Assembly: GCA_032718475.1 (NCBI GenBank)
Contig: JAUCBJ010003050.1
Location: forward strand, 1-61,951
DNA length: 61,951 nucleotides
Reading direction: 5' to 3'
Origin: Nemertoderma westbladi
Taxonomy: Eukaryota > Animalia > Xenacoelomorpha
The translations under genes and the position numbers were made by a program. Under the pieces are notes generated by a model. That model ran no database searches, was not told where the DNA came from, and was given only the letters and a program-made list of their open reading frames with translations. Positions 49,053 to 61,772 of this stretch are shown here, one piece after another (the stretch's first letter is position 1; each line of letters opens with the position of its first letter).

Positions 49053-50178
49053 CAGTGCCGGATTAACCTTAAGGCATATATATTTTCTAGAACAACCAAA
49101 TAATGACGTGGTGACATACTGGAAACACTGTACATAGTAAATGTATGGCGTGGAGATATGGTAGTGGAGATATGATATAAATTAATTTTTTTCACCGGAA
49201 ACGAGTTTTCTAAATATAGGCCCTAATAGATAAAAAAAAGGATAAATTAGTTGTAGATAAAATAGTTGTTGATAAAAAAAAAACGTGTCAGAAATAACTT
49301 CTTGTCACTACTGTAATTTAATTTAACCGAAATTCAGAAGTTCTACCCTCGTGTATTGCATTTTGCATTCGATGGCATTTTAGGTGCCATTCCTGCAAAA
49401 CCTAAAACTCTCGGACAGCATAATTGAATTTAAGTAAATTAAAATTAGTGACAAAAACTGCTTTTTTCCGAGACTGTTCTCTTATCGAAGAACATTACTT
49501 TCTCAGCAAGTCCAAATATAGATCAGAAATATTATATCTTTGCACTGAGCCCACACTTTTGGTGTGTTAAATTTCTCAGCAAGTCCAGTAAAGATAAGTA
49601 CCCTGCGAAACCTGCCCTACAGCAAATAAATAACACATTCGATCCATTGCATTGCTAAATACCTACAGCGACCAGTCAGCTTTAAGGGGGCTCACTATTA
49701 CCCCTACAGAAATGAAATTTTCGAAAATTTACACAATTTATTTGCTGTTTGAAAGAAGGGCTTTCATAAAAGGTAATATCGGTTTTCAACATTGAATTAT
49801 TTTTTGACCTCAAAACTGCTCTTTTCAACAACATAATTTTATTTTTTACTCAATTTCCATTAAACATATACCAAAATGTTTAGCATCTTTAGGGCTACAA
49901 TCGTGAATATTGGTTTGTAAAACATGGCCATTTGGATATTCTAGAACCGATTTTGTAACTGCTACACTTTGTCTATCACAAAATAGTACTTAGTACTTAT
50001 TTGCACGCAGTCATCCAACGAAAATACTTTATATTTCCTTCGCAACATATTCACAATTTCAGTTGTTTTTAGCAGCTTTTTCTTTTGAAAGGGTTTGCGG
50101 AAAAATATAAATTTTCGGGCCATTTTTGGAAATTACTAAAATGTGCCTTAGGGCCACCAGAGGCTTAATCCGGTACTG
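49053..50178. mobile_element. hAT-type non-autonomous element in DNPH1 intron
   Basis: TIRs CAGTGCCGGATTAA / TTAATCCGGTACTG; 8-bp TSD ATACTGCT. Confidence 0.85.
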
Positions 50179-50422
50179 ATACTGCTGTATAGCTGTACAG
50201 TATAGGTAGGCCTACAATACAATAAGTACTATCTACAGTACAATAAACAAAGCACAAGCCGAAGCTTTAAACGTTAACAAGAGATGAAAGCGACATTACA
50301 TTGCACCTCTACATGTATAATTTTTTCCTCAGTTTTTTTTGTTCAGTACATTTTATGGCTCTTCTTTGTTCAATTTACAGTTACCTCTTTGGCATTTTCA
50401 GTCCACTTCATAGGTGCCATTA

Positions 50423-50971
50423 AAGCCGGTTTACACATGGCAACGTTTTGAAAAATTTTGTCAGCAACGTGTAGAGAAAAAAGTATCCCTAAAAGTTACT
50501 TAACTTTTACGTCAACTTGAAGGAATTTGCGTGGGCGGATTAAAGCGGGGTCCATCGTTGTTTATTGTTTATCCGCAATTGAATTTTATATTCATCTTTT
50601 TCATGTCTGACTCAGATGACGGTTATTATAGGATATTATGGAATACAGCCCTGGTTTAGTACATTGACTGTAAATTGTACAGTGTTTGCAGTTTTAAACT
50701 CAATTTGTACAGAATTAACGATTATGATAATGTAAAATAACGACAGTGGTAATACGAAATGTTACACAATTGTTGGTAGGCTGTGCAATAATATAATAAT
50801 GACCCAGTTTCTAAAGAGACCATTATTTTACAGTGAAACTAACCAAGATGCTCAAAAAGTTTCTGGCCAAGTTGCTGGTAGGCCTACAGTTGCCACGTTT
50901 AAACTGCGAACAAATTAAGTTGCTGGTTTCCGACAAAGCTTCTCAAAAAGTTGCCACGTGTAAACCGGCCT
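50423..50971. mobile_element. PIF/Harbinger MITE in DNPH1 intron
   Basis: TIRs AAGCCGGTTTACACATGGCAAC / GTTGCCACGTGTAAACCGGCCT; TTA TSD. Confidence 0.8.
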
Positions 50972-51460
50972 TTAGACATAGTGTTTTGCTTTCATCTTCA
51001 TTGTGGAATCCGTTATAATTTCAGTAGGGTTCTGTTACAAGCTATCAGCTGTTTATGTAATCATATCCATATCGATCGTACTATCGAAGCCTTGTTCTCA
51101 TACTGTAGATAGCCGGATGAACTAGGTGTTACATACCTAGGCAGGCATCCCATCCTCCATACATAATATTCATCCACACACCCCCGTACGTACGTACACC
51201 TTTTATTTATTCTAACTTTCTACTAGGTACACATTTTATGTACATGCTCATATATTTCCTACCCTAAAAATCCAACTTTGTACAAAACGTTCGTTTTTCG
51301 CCATCGTTTTTATCAAATTTCGACATTTTCGAATTTATATATTATTATATTATATATATATATATTATATTATATATATTATATTTGTATATAAACGTAA
51401 TTTTTTTATTATTATAATTTATTTGATTATTCAATATCATTATATATTTTCCCTCAATAG

Positions 51461-51791
51461 ATGTATCGTGTATGATTTCTGGTGCGGACAGTATATCCAG
51501 TATAACGGCCCACGAGTACGAAACTGTCTCGCAAGCCATCGATATCATTGAGTACATTATCAGTACCAACATGAAGGATCCCCACGATGATCTATTAAAG
51601 GAAGTCTTTATTGGGGAACTCAAGCGAACCTCGTCTATAAGGATAGCCGTCGACTCCCATCCGCCCCGCTGCTCAGCAGGTCACGAACGTCGCAACCACA
51701 GTATACACCGGTCCATCTCGCGGTCCTTGAGGAAACGCGGCTCCATAACAAGTAACCCAGAGTCCCCAGTAATTACACCAAGCGTGAAATC
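51461..51791 (+). CDS. DNPH1: DNPH1-family, exon 3 (may instead read through to stop at 51816)
   Basis: Phase-1 acceptor CCCTCAATAG; YVSCMISGA matches VLSAMIRGA; candidate phase-2 donor GTTAGT at 51792. Confidence 0.75.
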
Positions 51792-52109
51792 GTTAGTGAA
51801 TATAGGCCTAATCTAATGTAAAGTAATACCGGTATTTAAATTGGCAATGCGGTGATATATTTTTATATTATAAATAATTGGTGTTATATTATTCATATTT
51901 TTTAAAATAAATTTATACCTTCATAGATTTAATAAATATGTAATTTAAAATGACATCAAAAGAAATTAATATTTTTTGCTTTCAATACTTTTTGATTAAT
52001 GGCATTTCCAATGTCCATTATAAAAGGCAATTATCATTTCAGAAGAAATTTCAATACATCCGACCGATAATATATTGAATGTATGACAGTTGTTTGTTCT
52101 TCGTTCCAG

Positions 52110-52377
52110 AAATACACCGGACCCTACACCACCGCCATCGACCGATGATAATCACAATGACATCAATAATGAGGATGTTCTCAAGGATTTCGAGGAATTT
52201 AAATATGAAAATTCCATTATAATCCCCCCAACAGCTCCTCTACAAGGAGGCTCGACTACAGTCTATACAGATACCGGCTTTCGTTCCAAGTCACCAGGAA
52301 AACAAAATCATGGTTCAATGTCCAGAGACACCGAGTCTCCAATCACATCACCAAGGGCCATCAAATTGTTAGTTTAA
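52110..52377 (+). CDS. Candidate exon 4, Ser/Pro/Thr-rich extension
   Basis: Acceptor TTCTTCGTTCCAG in phase 2 with the 51792 donor; open frame NTPDPTPPP..ESPITSPRAIKLLV*. Confidence 0.5.
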
Positions 52378-52499
52378 ATCTCGTTAATTTAGTGTCATCA
52401 AGGTACTACTCAACTCAAGGGCATTAGCAGCACACCTGGGCAAATTATGAAATTGCACCAATCAATCACTATATTGTACGATGATTCAACATTTGGGTC

Positions 52500-52790
52500 A
52501 ACTGATGATGGTGACACATATCCATGTCCTATGGGGTGTCGTTCAGGGTGACACACTTGGACAATTCCTGTTCATAGTCTGTGGTGGGTTATGTCCTAAG
52601 CACGTCCTTAGACCATCATAATAATGATGGGGTGATAGTAGACCCTTATTGCCTCAAGAAGTAGAGGTAATCCAGCCAAGTATCTTACTGATATAAAATT
52701 TGCTGATGATTTAGAAGGTACTGTCAGAATCACTAGATGGAGCTCATAGGCTCCATTGCTCATTGGAGCAGGATGCTTCTAGTTATGGTA
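52500..52790 (+). mobile_element. Degenerate RTE-like LINE RT fragment
   Basis: Diverged copy of about 58725-59030 (QGDTL, FADD). Confidence 0.75.
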
Positions 52791-53124
52791 TTTTTTGTAT
52801 CTCCATGAACACCAACATTTTGACAGTTATGTAACTCCTATAACCCTCAGGAAATTGGAAAAGAACATACAAGTAGCATGCCTTGCCTATACACCATGTC
52901 CTGGAATATAGTGTCTCTCTTCAGGTGCCTTGACCCCCCACCCAAAATCTTTCTACACTTTTTAATGAGATTGCATGGTAGTTTCAACACCATCCTCTTT
53001 CTCTGTCGTTCTTTAGCTACAAGCGTTTGAAAAAGTGTCTCCGTCGATATTGATCCAATACATATATGTGTTTCGTGTTCGTGTAGCCCTCTCAAGTGCA
53101 ATAGCATTTATCACGCGGCCTATA

Positions 53125-55118
53125 CTGCCGTCTTAAGGCAAAATACCCTATCTCCAAAAATCGTGTTTTGAGTAATTTAACGAAACGCGTTTTCTTCTAC
53201 AAGTTTGTTATACAGCTGCCTGGATACCAGAATTTGAACTGCAAGTCACCCAAATATACTAACTTAGAATTTCAAATGCGAGATACACAACTTTTGTGAT
53301 TTGGGAGCTTAAAAAATGCTGAAAAGACTTTATAGGGTGTTTTGCCTCGAAAATGTTGGCGACAAATGAAACTGAAAGCTGATATAGGGTGTTTTGTCTA
53401 TCAAGAGTTCGTATCAAATAGTTTAATATCTTCAAATAATAATACTGCAGGGTGGAAATTATACTTGGAATTTTGTAGTTAAGGGTTGGGTTTTGGTAAA
53501 TAATGCAAATTATAATTCAAAAACATGAGATAAACAGCTGATAATTTCTGTATAATTGGTTGCCTGATAACGTCATCATAGTTACCATTCCATGAATATA
53601 AAGTACTCAAACTAAACTCTGGGCAATCGATTATAGTTACATCTTTGTCCGTAAAAATTTTAGAAATATTCTAGCTAGCTACTGTGTAACTATGTGACCA
53701 CAAAACCCAGTCCGCCAAAATCAAACTCAGTCTACTTTGCCTTGTAATGCAGTCCTTCATTATTGACATGTTCAGTTCACCATCACACTTTAACTAACGA
53801 ATTCCAAAAACCAATTCTATTTCTTGGAATTATTCGCCCAAGTCGTTGAATCAATTCATTGACTCGGTCTATGGGAACTCCTTTGGGTTGAGCCAGGGGA
53901 CGTGGGATGCCCATAGTGGCATTGCGCTTCAATAAGTTGACTTTTTGCCAACGAGACTTCTTTGTAGTCCTTCTTAAAGTGAATATCGAAACTACCTTCT
54001 TCAAACCGCTAAACTACTATTTCCTTTAGGTATGGGAATGTAGCATTATCTCTGAATTGCTTCAGCCTACATTTTGATGTTGGATCTTGCCAATCCCGGA
54101 AATCGGATAAAATCATTGACTTTATCTCTCCCTTATGGACTCGCTTTCCTAACACACTGTCTGAAATCTTGAAAGTCGTAGACCTTTTCCTTAGCAACCA
54201 ACTCTTTGTTGATCAATCTATGTAGATTGTCGGCGCTCATAAAACTATGATGAGGCTCAAAGTAGCAAAGTTCTATAGCGTTTGGCCCCACAACCTGCAC
54301 CAGCGAAACCAAACAAGATAAAAGGGTGTCCCCCATCTCCATCCCATCCCAGTCTCCATCCCAGTCGGTATCGGGAGGGGCATGTCTCTTTCTAGACGAC
54401 TGGACGTCTTGGTGACCCATTTCTTCTATAAAGCTCTGATTGACAGCTGGGCCCTGAACATCAGTGTTCAACATGACAATTTTTTCATCTGGAATATCGA
54501 CGGGAAAGTTCGATAAAATATCAATAAGTTCAGTGGGTATATCATCCACACAGTCCCCCATCACCTGAGCAAAAACACCACCACCGATATCCTCATCCAA
54601 GTTGAAGCCGTAAAACGTGTCTTCCAGTTCCATTGGCTTTGTATATTCCTAATCGATTGAATTGAGTTTCTATAGAGTCAGTACAATAAGTATAAAAAAT
54701 CTTTGCTAGGGTAAATTCCCGCCAATATCTACGCATAAGTAATAGGAAATAACACTATTATAAGCCTTTCTAAGGAAAAACACCCTACCTTTAAATGTAA
54801 GGTAAACTGAATAAAAGTGTTACTAAGGCAAAATACCCTGTACCAGATTTTAGATGTAGGGTGCTTGGCCTTTAAATGACAGGAGGGCTGAGGATCAAGC
54901 ATAGGGTGTTTTAAACTCGCAAAAATGACTTTCTTGCATTTAAACCATGGTATTTCTTGGTTTCATTTGAAAGAGCGCCTAAAATTAGGCCGGTCTGTAC
55001 AAAAAAATTTAAAAAATTTTGAGATAGGGCATTCTGCCTTCTAAGACTTAAGACTTAAGACTAGCTTAAGACTTAAGACTTTTTTAAGAGCTCTTCTATA
55101 CTGCCGTCTAGACGGCAG
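53125..55118 (-). mobile_element. Decayed DNA transposon, probably Sola-like, with transposase remnants at 53783-54330
   Basis: TATA|CTGCCGTC..AAGGCAAAATACCCTATCTC and GAGATAGGGCATTCTGCCTT..GACGGCAG|TATA; frameshifted HSFMSADNLH..KVYDFQDF and IIPRNRIGFW motifs. Confidence 0.6.
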
Positions 55119-55412
55119 TATATAAATATCTTAAAATATCTTTAAAAAGTTATTACATCACCAATAAAGCATAACAAATAATTATGTTTTATTTAGTGAG
55201 TGACTTAGAGAATGGTCTGTCTATGTGGCAAAAATATCTTAAGGGTTCTTTATTTCTAGGGAAGAAATCACTTCCCTTTCTCCCGATTTTGCGGTATATC
55301 GGTCGAAAAATAAAAAATTTAAAACTAAAATATATAATATTACTCTACCTCCGGTACCCCAGAATAATGCATGGAGTTTGGATGTTTAAGAATTAATTAT
55401 AAACCCAATTGA

Positions 55413-55443
<31 letters not shown>

Positions 55444-56213
55444 TGGTACCCCCCAGGAAAACCCGGAAAAAAGATACCGGAAAACATTTCATAAATTTCA
55501 TCCAGACCAGAATTGTGGATTTCAAATCAAAGGTACTTCTTTCATGTCAGACACTATTAACCAACCAGACCCAATACAGGCAAATTTGCGCGGTAAGGTT
55601 TGAACTTTGAAGGCAGTTATCTCTGAATGACATTTTTTCACACGAAAAATACTAACTCCTCTGCCATTTCTTAACCGTTTTTTGCAATTTTTGATTTGTA
55701 TGAAAGGTAATTTCATAAGCTTCAATAAATTTCAACCAATTTTCTTGATTTCATAATATTTCTCCATTTTTTTATGAAAAATTAGAAAAAACATGGGTTT
55801 TTTAATTTTTTAAAATGTCCTTTTTATAAAATTATTGCCGATTATCAGAAATAAAAAATGAAAATACAAAAAGTGGTCGAAAAATATGATGAAAATGAAC
55901 ATGCTGGTTCCAAAAAATTTGTAGCGAAATTTTTTAAATCTCACTCCAGCCGCGAGGGGGGCCCAAATATTTTTTTCTTAAAATTTTTTTATACTTTAGT
56001 TCATTCTCTTGTGCGATGGTATACCCCTTTCTATATATTTTTCAACCACATTAGAAAAATAAACAAAAAACACCAGGGTGGTTACTCCCCCCCCCCCCCC
56101 CCCCTTAATAAGGTTACAGGAAAGGCAATTAACGATCTCATATTCTTGGCATTAATTTAAAAGTTTAGTATCTGATTTCCACATACAGTAAATGCGCTTA
56201 TTATTATTAGCAT

Positions 56214-56769
56214 TGTGACGGGATTCCGGTTGGCCTGAGATCCCGACCGTTTGACTTTGTTAATGTTCCCAATGCGAACGCTGGCTAATGGCTGACTGGT
56301 GGTTGGACTCGCCGACTTGGTGAAATACAAGAGTTTGTTTGGTGAACTTTACTGTTAATCGACTGACAGTGCACCGGTTGTGATGATAGCACAGCGTAAC
56401 AGTGGAAAACTATTTCACCTCTACTACACGGAATAAAAGCCAACTGATTGCACAATGCACGTGACCTTTAATATAAAGGGAGAAATATAGGCCAATAGGC
56501 TAACACATTAATTGGACTGTGATCGATTACACTCAAAGCTGCCACATGCAGCCCTCCCATTGGCTACCTTATCACTCCATAAACCTACCTCCCTTTGGCT
56601 TCTGCTAGCCTCGGCCCACGTGGATTGTAAGTCCACTGCCCAGCTAGCCCTATTGCATCATCCCTTTGCTGGTATGTCCTATTGGATACCTTGATGGCCA
56701 ACTTGGTAACCCCCCCCCCCCCCCTCACTTTGTGGGTTGGAAACGCTTAGCAGAGTGGATCCGCTAACA
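56214..56769. mobile_element. Solo LTR, 556 bp, unrelated to the BEL LTRs
   Basis: TGTGACGGGAT..ATCCGCTAACA termini; 5-bp TSD AGCAT; several CCAAT/ATTGG boxes. Confidence 0.8.
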
Positions 56770-58139
56770 AGCATATATTATACATTTATTATGATATTAC
56801 ATATTACATATTATAAATGTGTATAAATAATAATTTACCAGTTCGATCTTTTAGCGAGTAACAATGTCCCTGCGCTCAAATAGCAGGATTTTGCGCGAGG
56901 CAATTGTCCGAGGGGCAATTGTCCTAGTTCTCCTAAGAGGTTACCTAACTTCATGACTCGTCCCAGTCGTATTTACTAATTTCATCCAATCAAATCGTTG
57001 GCTGTTTGGAACCACAGAAAAATATACAAATAGTTTACAAAACATACAAAATTTCCTAAATTACAGTATATGCTTACACTGACAAAGCACAGATCTATAT
57101 TAAACATTAGCCAATCAAATTAGATGTGTGGCGCCACATTTAAATTTATAAACTATTTAAGGGTTATTTGAAAAATCTACTAAGTAAACGTGGAAAATAT
57201 ATAAAATTTTATAAATAACACATATAAGCAACATACAACAAACATATAAACGCCAGGCACGTTAAATAACACATAAGCAACATACAACAAACATATAAAC
57301 GCCAGGCACGTTTTTATATGTTTATTTCTAAGCATTTGATAAATGACTGATAAGCTTTTGTATGTTTCTTCATCTTCTGTGACACGGGAAGGTACTTGTG
57401 CACTTTATTATCTGTACTATCCCTTACGGTATCGATTTATGAAGACGGGTACAACAAAATAAGATGCACAGTACAGTAGAAAGGAGCTAAACTGGAAATA
57501 ACAAATATAGTTACCGTAGAAACATCACCTAAATGTTATAATCGCTGAAATTTGTAATATTTAATAATTATGTTAACACTCAAACATGTCAGGTTAGGAA
57601 ATATATATCAGCCCAATTTAGATTTTTTACCTTGTCTAAAGTTACAGAAAGGCCACGCGAATAAAATAAATATAATTTAACTAACTTTGGTGCATATTTT
57701 GTAACTAATGGTATAATTAAAGGCGTTTGAAATCGAAACACTAAACTTGAATGCCGTCTCCATAGCAACAGGATCTAAACATCAGACACAAATGATTGTC
57801 ATTATTTCGTAAATGAACTATATTGACATTGTAGAAGATTTCAATCCATTATGACATGCTGTTTTGCAGTTGCTAAGCTTTAAATGAGAATTACGTGGTC
57901 CTTAGCAACTAGGTCGTTATTTCCAAATTGCCCAAAGTCAAAAATTTTAAAATCGCCATTTCCTCAATAAGTGGGACCTATAGAACTCAAAACATCAAAA
58001 AAATTGAATCCGTCCAAAAAATTTTCGGCATAACATTGTGGCTGCCGGACTATAAACAATAAATCGTGTAGGACGCGTTGGAAATCCACGTTCTAGTATT
58101 ATTGTAGCGGTATACATGCCTATTGCATTGGTACTCAGC

Positions 58140-58584
58140 TACTTAAGAGATAAAAAATGTTCCAGAATAGTATGATGTACATGGTGTTTATTAAATAGAA
58201 TAAAAGAGCCCCCACCAGGTGCAAAACCATGCAACTTTCGAACGCGCATATTTCAGCTATTTTACGACGAAATTATGATTCTGTTGTTACATATTAGGAA
58301 TCCTTGCAGGGTCAGCTTTTTCATAGTACCAACAAATCACTATAAGGTTGAAGAATAACTTTGCTGTTACGTGTAACTGGTGCCTAATCGACTAAGACAA
58401 TTTTTTTGAGATGCTTGTAGCTGCAGAAACAGAATCAAAGCGAAAATAAAAATTCTGGCTCACCCAGGAAGTAGGAGGGAGGTGAAACTATCTGTTTCAA
58501 ATTTCATGCAAACCCATTAAGATTTGTAGAAAATTTGGACCGTCCAGGTACCTGAATAACGACGCTATATTCCAGGACATGGTG
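58140..58584. mobile_element. Right arm of a CACCAT-terminus MITE
   Basis: Ends CTATATTCCAGGACATGGTG|TA; similar to 3950-4335. Confidence 0.65.
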
Positions 58585-58689
58585 TATACATATGCAATGC
58601 TTTGAACCATATTGGTAGTGATCAAGCACCACCCTGCAGGCACTACGGGTGGCGTATTCCCAATCCTTTTGTATATACTTTGTATGTAT

Positions 58690-59675
58690 ACTTTGTACGA
58701 TGGTTCGACAACATTTGTGTCTACTGTTGACGGTGACACAGAACCATTTGAAGTGTTATGGGGTGTCCTCCAAGGAGACACGCTTGCACCATTCTTGTTC
58801 ATTATTGTGGTTGACTATGTTCTACGCATGTCCTTAGATCATCATAATGATGATGGGGTGATGATAACTCCACCTACTGGCTCCAGAAGTCGAGGAAATC
58901 CTGCCAAGTACCTAACTGATCTAGACTTTGCTGATGACTTAGGAGTACTCTCAGAATCATTAGATGGAGCCCAACGGCTCCTCAGCTCATTAGAACATTA
59001 GAGCTTCTAGTGTTGGTCTTTTTATTAACTCCAGAAAGACCAAAATCCTGACCGTTAACTTTGAAAGTCCTCAGCAAGTCTCTGATCGGATGAGCATAAG
59101 CTCAAAGGATGGTATGCTTGAGCATGTGGACGACTTCTGTTACCTGGGATCATGGATCCGGAAGTCAGGTGAGGACCTTCGAATACGTAAGGGAAAGGCA
59201 TGGGCAGCCTTGAATAGGCCCTCCAGGATTTGGAAGTCACCGAGAATTAATCGGAAACTTAAGGTCCGATTATTTAGAGCAGCAGTAGTTCCAGTACTCC
59301 TCTACGGGAGTCCATGCTGGGTTCTAACTGCTGAGGACACCAAATCTCTGGATGGCACATTCACAAGAATGCTACGCCGGGTTCATTGTGTCAAGTACAA
59401 TGCACACATCTCCAACCAGACACTATATAACATTGGAGGTGTCTCATTGGTTCCCCCAAGCTTGACACTAGAACAAAATCGCCTCCGCTTTGCAGGACAT
59501 TGCTTTCGCCGTCAGGACCAGCCAGTGCATAATCTTGTACTTTGGCAGCCTCATGGAGTGAATAAGCATGGTGGACAGCCCATGACTTTCTTGAGACACA
59601 TCTTAAAGGACACTGGCCTTAAAGATGCGGATGATCTAGCAAATGTCATGGGTGATAGGGAGTTGTGAGTAGTAG
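58690..59675 (+). mobile_element. 5'-truncated RTE-like LINE (RT C-terminal half), disabled
   Basis: GVLQGDTLAPFLFIIVVDYVLR, DLDFADD, FCYLGS, VLLYGS, RLRFAGHCFR; stop at 59001. Confidence 0.9.
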
Positions 59676-60707
59676 ATAAAGCATGGCCCTCACCATAGTC
59701 CTCCCTAAGCCTGGGCTATGCACATTCCATTCGGAGGGCTATTAAAAAATGCCAAATTCCGGTGCTAAATTGCGGTGCGCGCCACATCTGTCACCACCAT
59801 CCATCGATCGGCAGTTGCCATCAACCAATCGTAGCGTAGCGTAGCCTAACTAACTAACCCTAACCCTAATGTTATTCACCTTTTCACCACGTCATCACCA
59901 CCACCACCACCACCGCTGTATACTGTATATGATGGCGACAACGACGACGTGGCTACCAACTACTCGCATCGCATATCGATTGCCAACTCCACGACAGCCG
60001 TCGCCAAACCAACAAACCAACCACTCAGTATGATACATGTGCATGAAATTCCGCCTCGTGTCAACTACACGTATACGAGCATTTCCATAGTAGTTACTCA
60101 AGCTAACCGATCCCTCAGCATCTGTGCCATATTGAAAGGCTACTACTACTAACATTATACTGTGCGTTTTTATTATAATTATTGATTATTATTACACACA
60201 ACCCTATGATTCATATTCTTTCACGTATTTCCTATCCACATTGCAATCCATCTCTTTTCTTATTCGTCCATTATGCCACATCCCATCTCTTCTACGTTGA
60301 CTATGCCACATCACGTATTCAGAAACTTATATAACTGAATGTTTTTATTTAAAATTCATCACTTGTAATCTTCATGGTAATATATTGATACCATATCTCA
60401 TTTTTTGTTCTCACTCTGAAATTGTGTTATTTCCTTAATAATTTCTACATTATCTTACTCGTTGTATATTCATTGGTCGGAAACACTCGAATAAATGATA
60501 CTGATTCCGACATTGGAGTTGCAAAACAATAGAGAAGATACGAGATTGCATTTCTCCTTGCTATTAGTAATACGGAAATTACAACAATCCCGTATCTTCT
60601 CTATTGTTTTACATCACAATTTTAGAGTGAGAACTATGGTGTCAATTTATTACAGCGATACGGTTTAAAATTTATCACTTGTAATATTTTTCGTATTTAT
60701 TATTATT

Positions 60708-61772
60708 ATGGCCTTAACGCAAAAAACCGGAGCAACAAATAGCTGGAAATTTACTTACAATAAATATACTTGTACCGTCGTTCACAGCAAGTATTTTATT
60801 GTGGAATCTCAGGAGGACAACGAATCAATTTGTTTTTCCCATCAAGATACCCGCTATTTGTTAGACATTCTAGAAACAACCAACAACAACCAACATCAAT
60901 CCAGACCAGCAATTATACCAGGTAGGATATATCCAACTCTTCGTTTTGCGCGGGGAAATTTGAATATTTCCATCAACCCCACATCGGGTGATGTTTACGT
61001 TCAGAAACAAGGCAAATGTAAAGTTCTCAACAAAGCTTTTACTGAAGTTCTAATTCAATACAGAGGGAAATTATTGCAATTTCTCTCTCCACCGCTAGAG
61101 ATTATTAGCGAACAATTCTACATTGAATTATCAAATCCAGAGTTTATTGGATTTGTAACAGCTTTTAAAGGAACCAACTATGTTGGCTTATGGAAAATCA
61201 GCCTCAGATACGCTGATAGTGTTGGTTTTAACTATTATACGGGTTTCAATTTGTCAAAACAGGAACTAACCGTTTTGTTGCGAGAGTGGGACAACCAAGT
61301 CGATGAAACAGACAAGCATCTTTTTGATAAAAATATCATTCAATTATCAGACCGGCTCAAAATGATTAAAACCAATAATAAAAAAATTATTATCACCAAC
61401 ACCGATAATTCTACCGAAGTAGGTGCCGGCGGAAATTCTATCGAGTTGCATTACTTGAATGATAAAGCCCATATTAGTTTTCTCAAAGAATCGATGGATG
61501 GCGTTTCTCTTACTGAAGCCCATGTTGACGGTTTTGTCCTTTTGGATAAACCTAAAGCATTCGTAGAGATCCCATCACCTAATCCGGATGTTGAAGAGAG
61601 TTGCTCTCAACCGCAACAGGTCTTTCCTGAAATATTACCTCGGAAGCCAAGATCATCGAGTAAATTTACCAACGCATCACCTGCAAAGAAACAGAAAGTT
61701 GTCAGTAACCCAGTTCTAGTAGAGCCTGCTACTAATTCTCCATGGAAACCTGATTATTATCCTAATATGTAA
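60708..61772 (+). CDS. 354-aa single-exon ORF, possibly with PC4-like ssDNA-binding motifs
   Basis: Long non-repetitive ATG-initiated ORF in AT-rich DNA; VTAFKGTNYVGL..GFNLSKQEL..L resembles PC4 V..FKG....DI..GISL..EQW..L. Confidence 0.6.
   Translation: MALTQKTGATNSWKFTYNKYTCTVVHSKYFIVESQEDNESICFSHQDTRYLLDILETTNNNQHQSRPAIIPGRIYPTLRFARGNLNISINPTSGDVYVQKQGKCKVLNKAFTEVLIQYRGKLLQFLSPPLEIISEQFYIELSNPEFIGFVTAFKGTNYVGLWKISLRYADSVGFNYYTGFNLSKQELTVLLREWDNQVDETDKHLFDKNIIQLSDRLKMIKTNNKKIIITNTDNSTEVGAGGNSIELHYLNDKAHISFLKESMDGVSLTEAHVDGFVLLDKPKAFVEIPSPNPDVEESCSQPQQVFPEILPRKPRSSSKFTNASPAKKQKVVSNPVLVEPATNSPWKPDYYPNM

Noticed and set aside
52500-58945. Hammerhead ribozyme cores (CTGATGA at about 52502, 52703, 58931)
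   Set aside because: They fall within LINE RT coding sequence (e.g. FADD) and lack the stems and GAAA placement
59850-59870. Telomere
   Set aside because: Only about two CCCTAA units, interstitial
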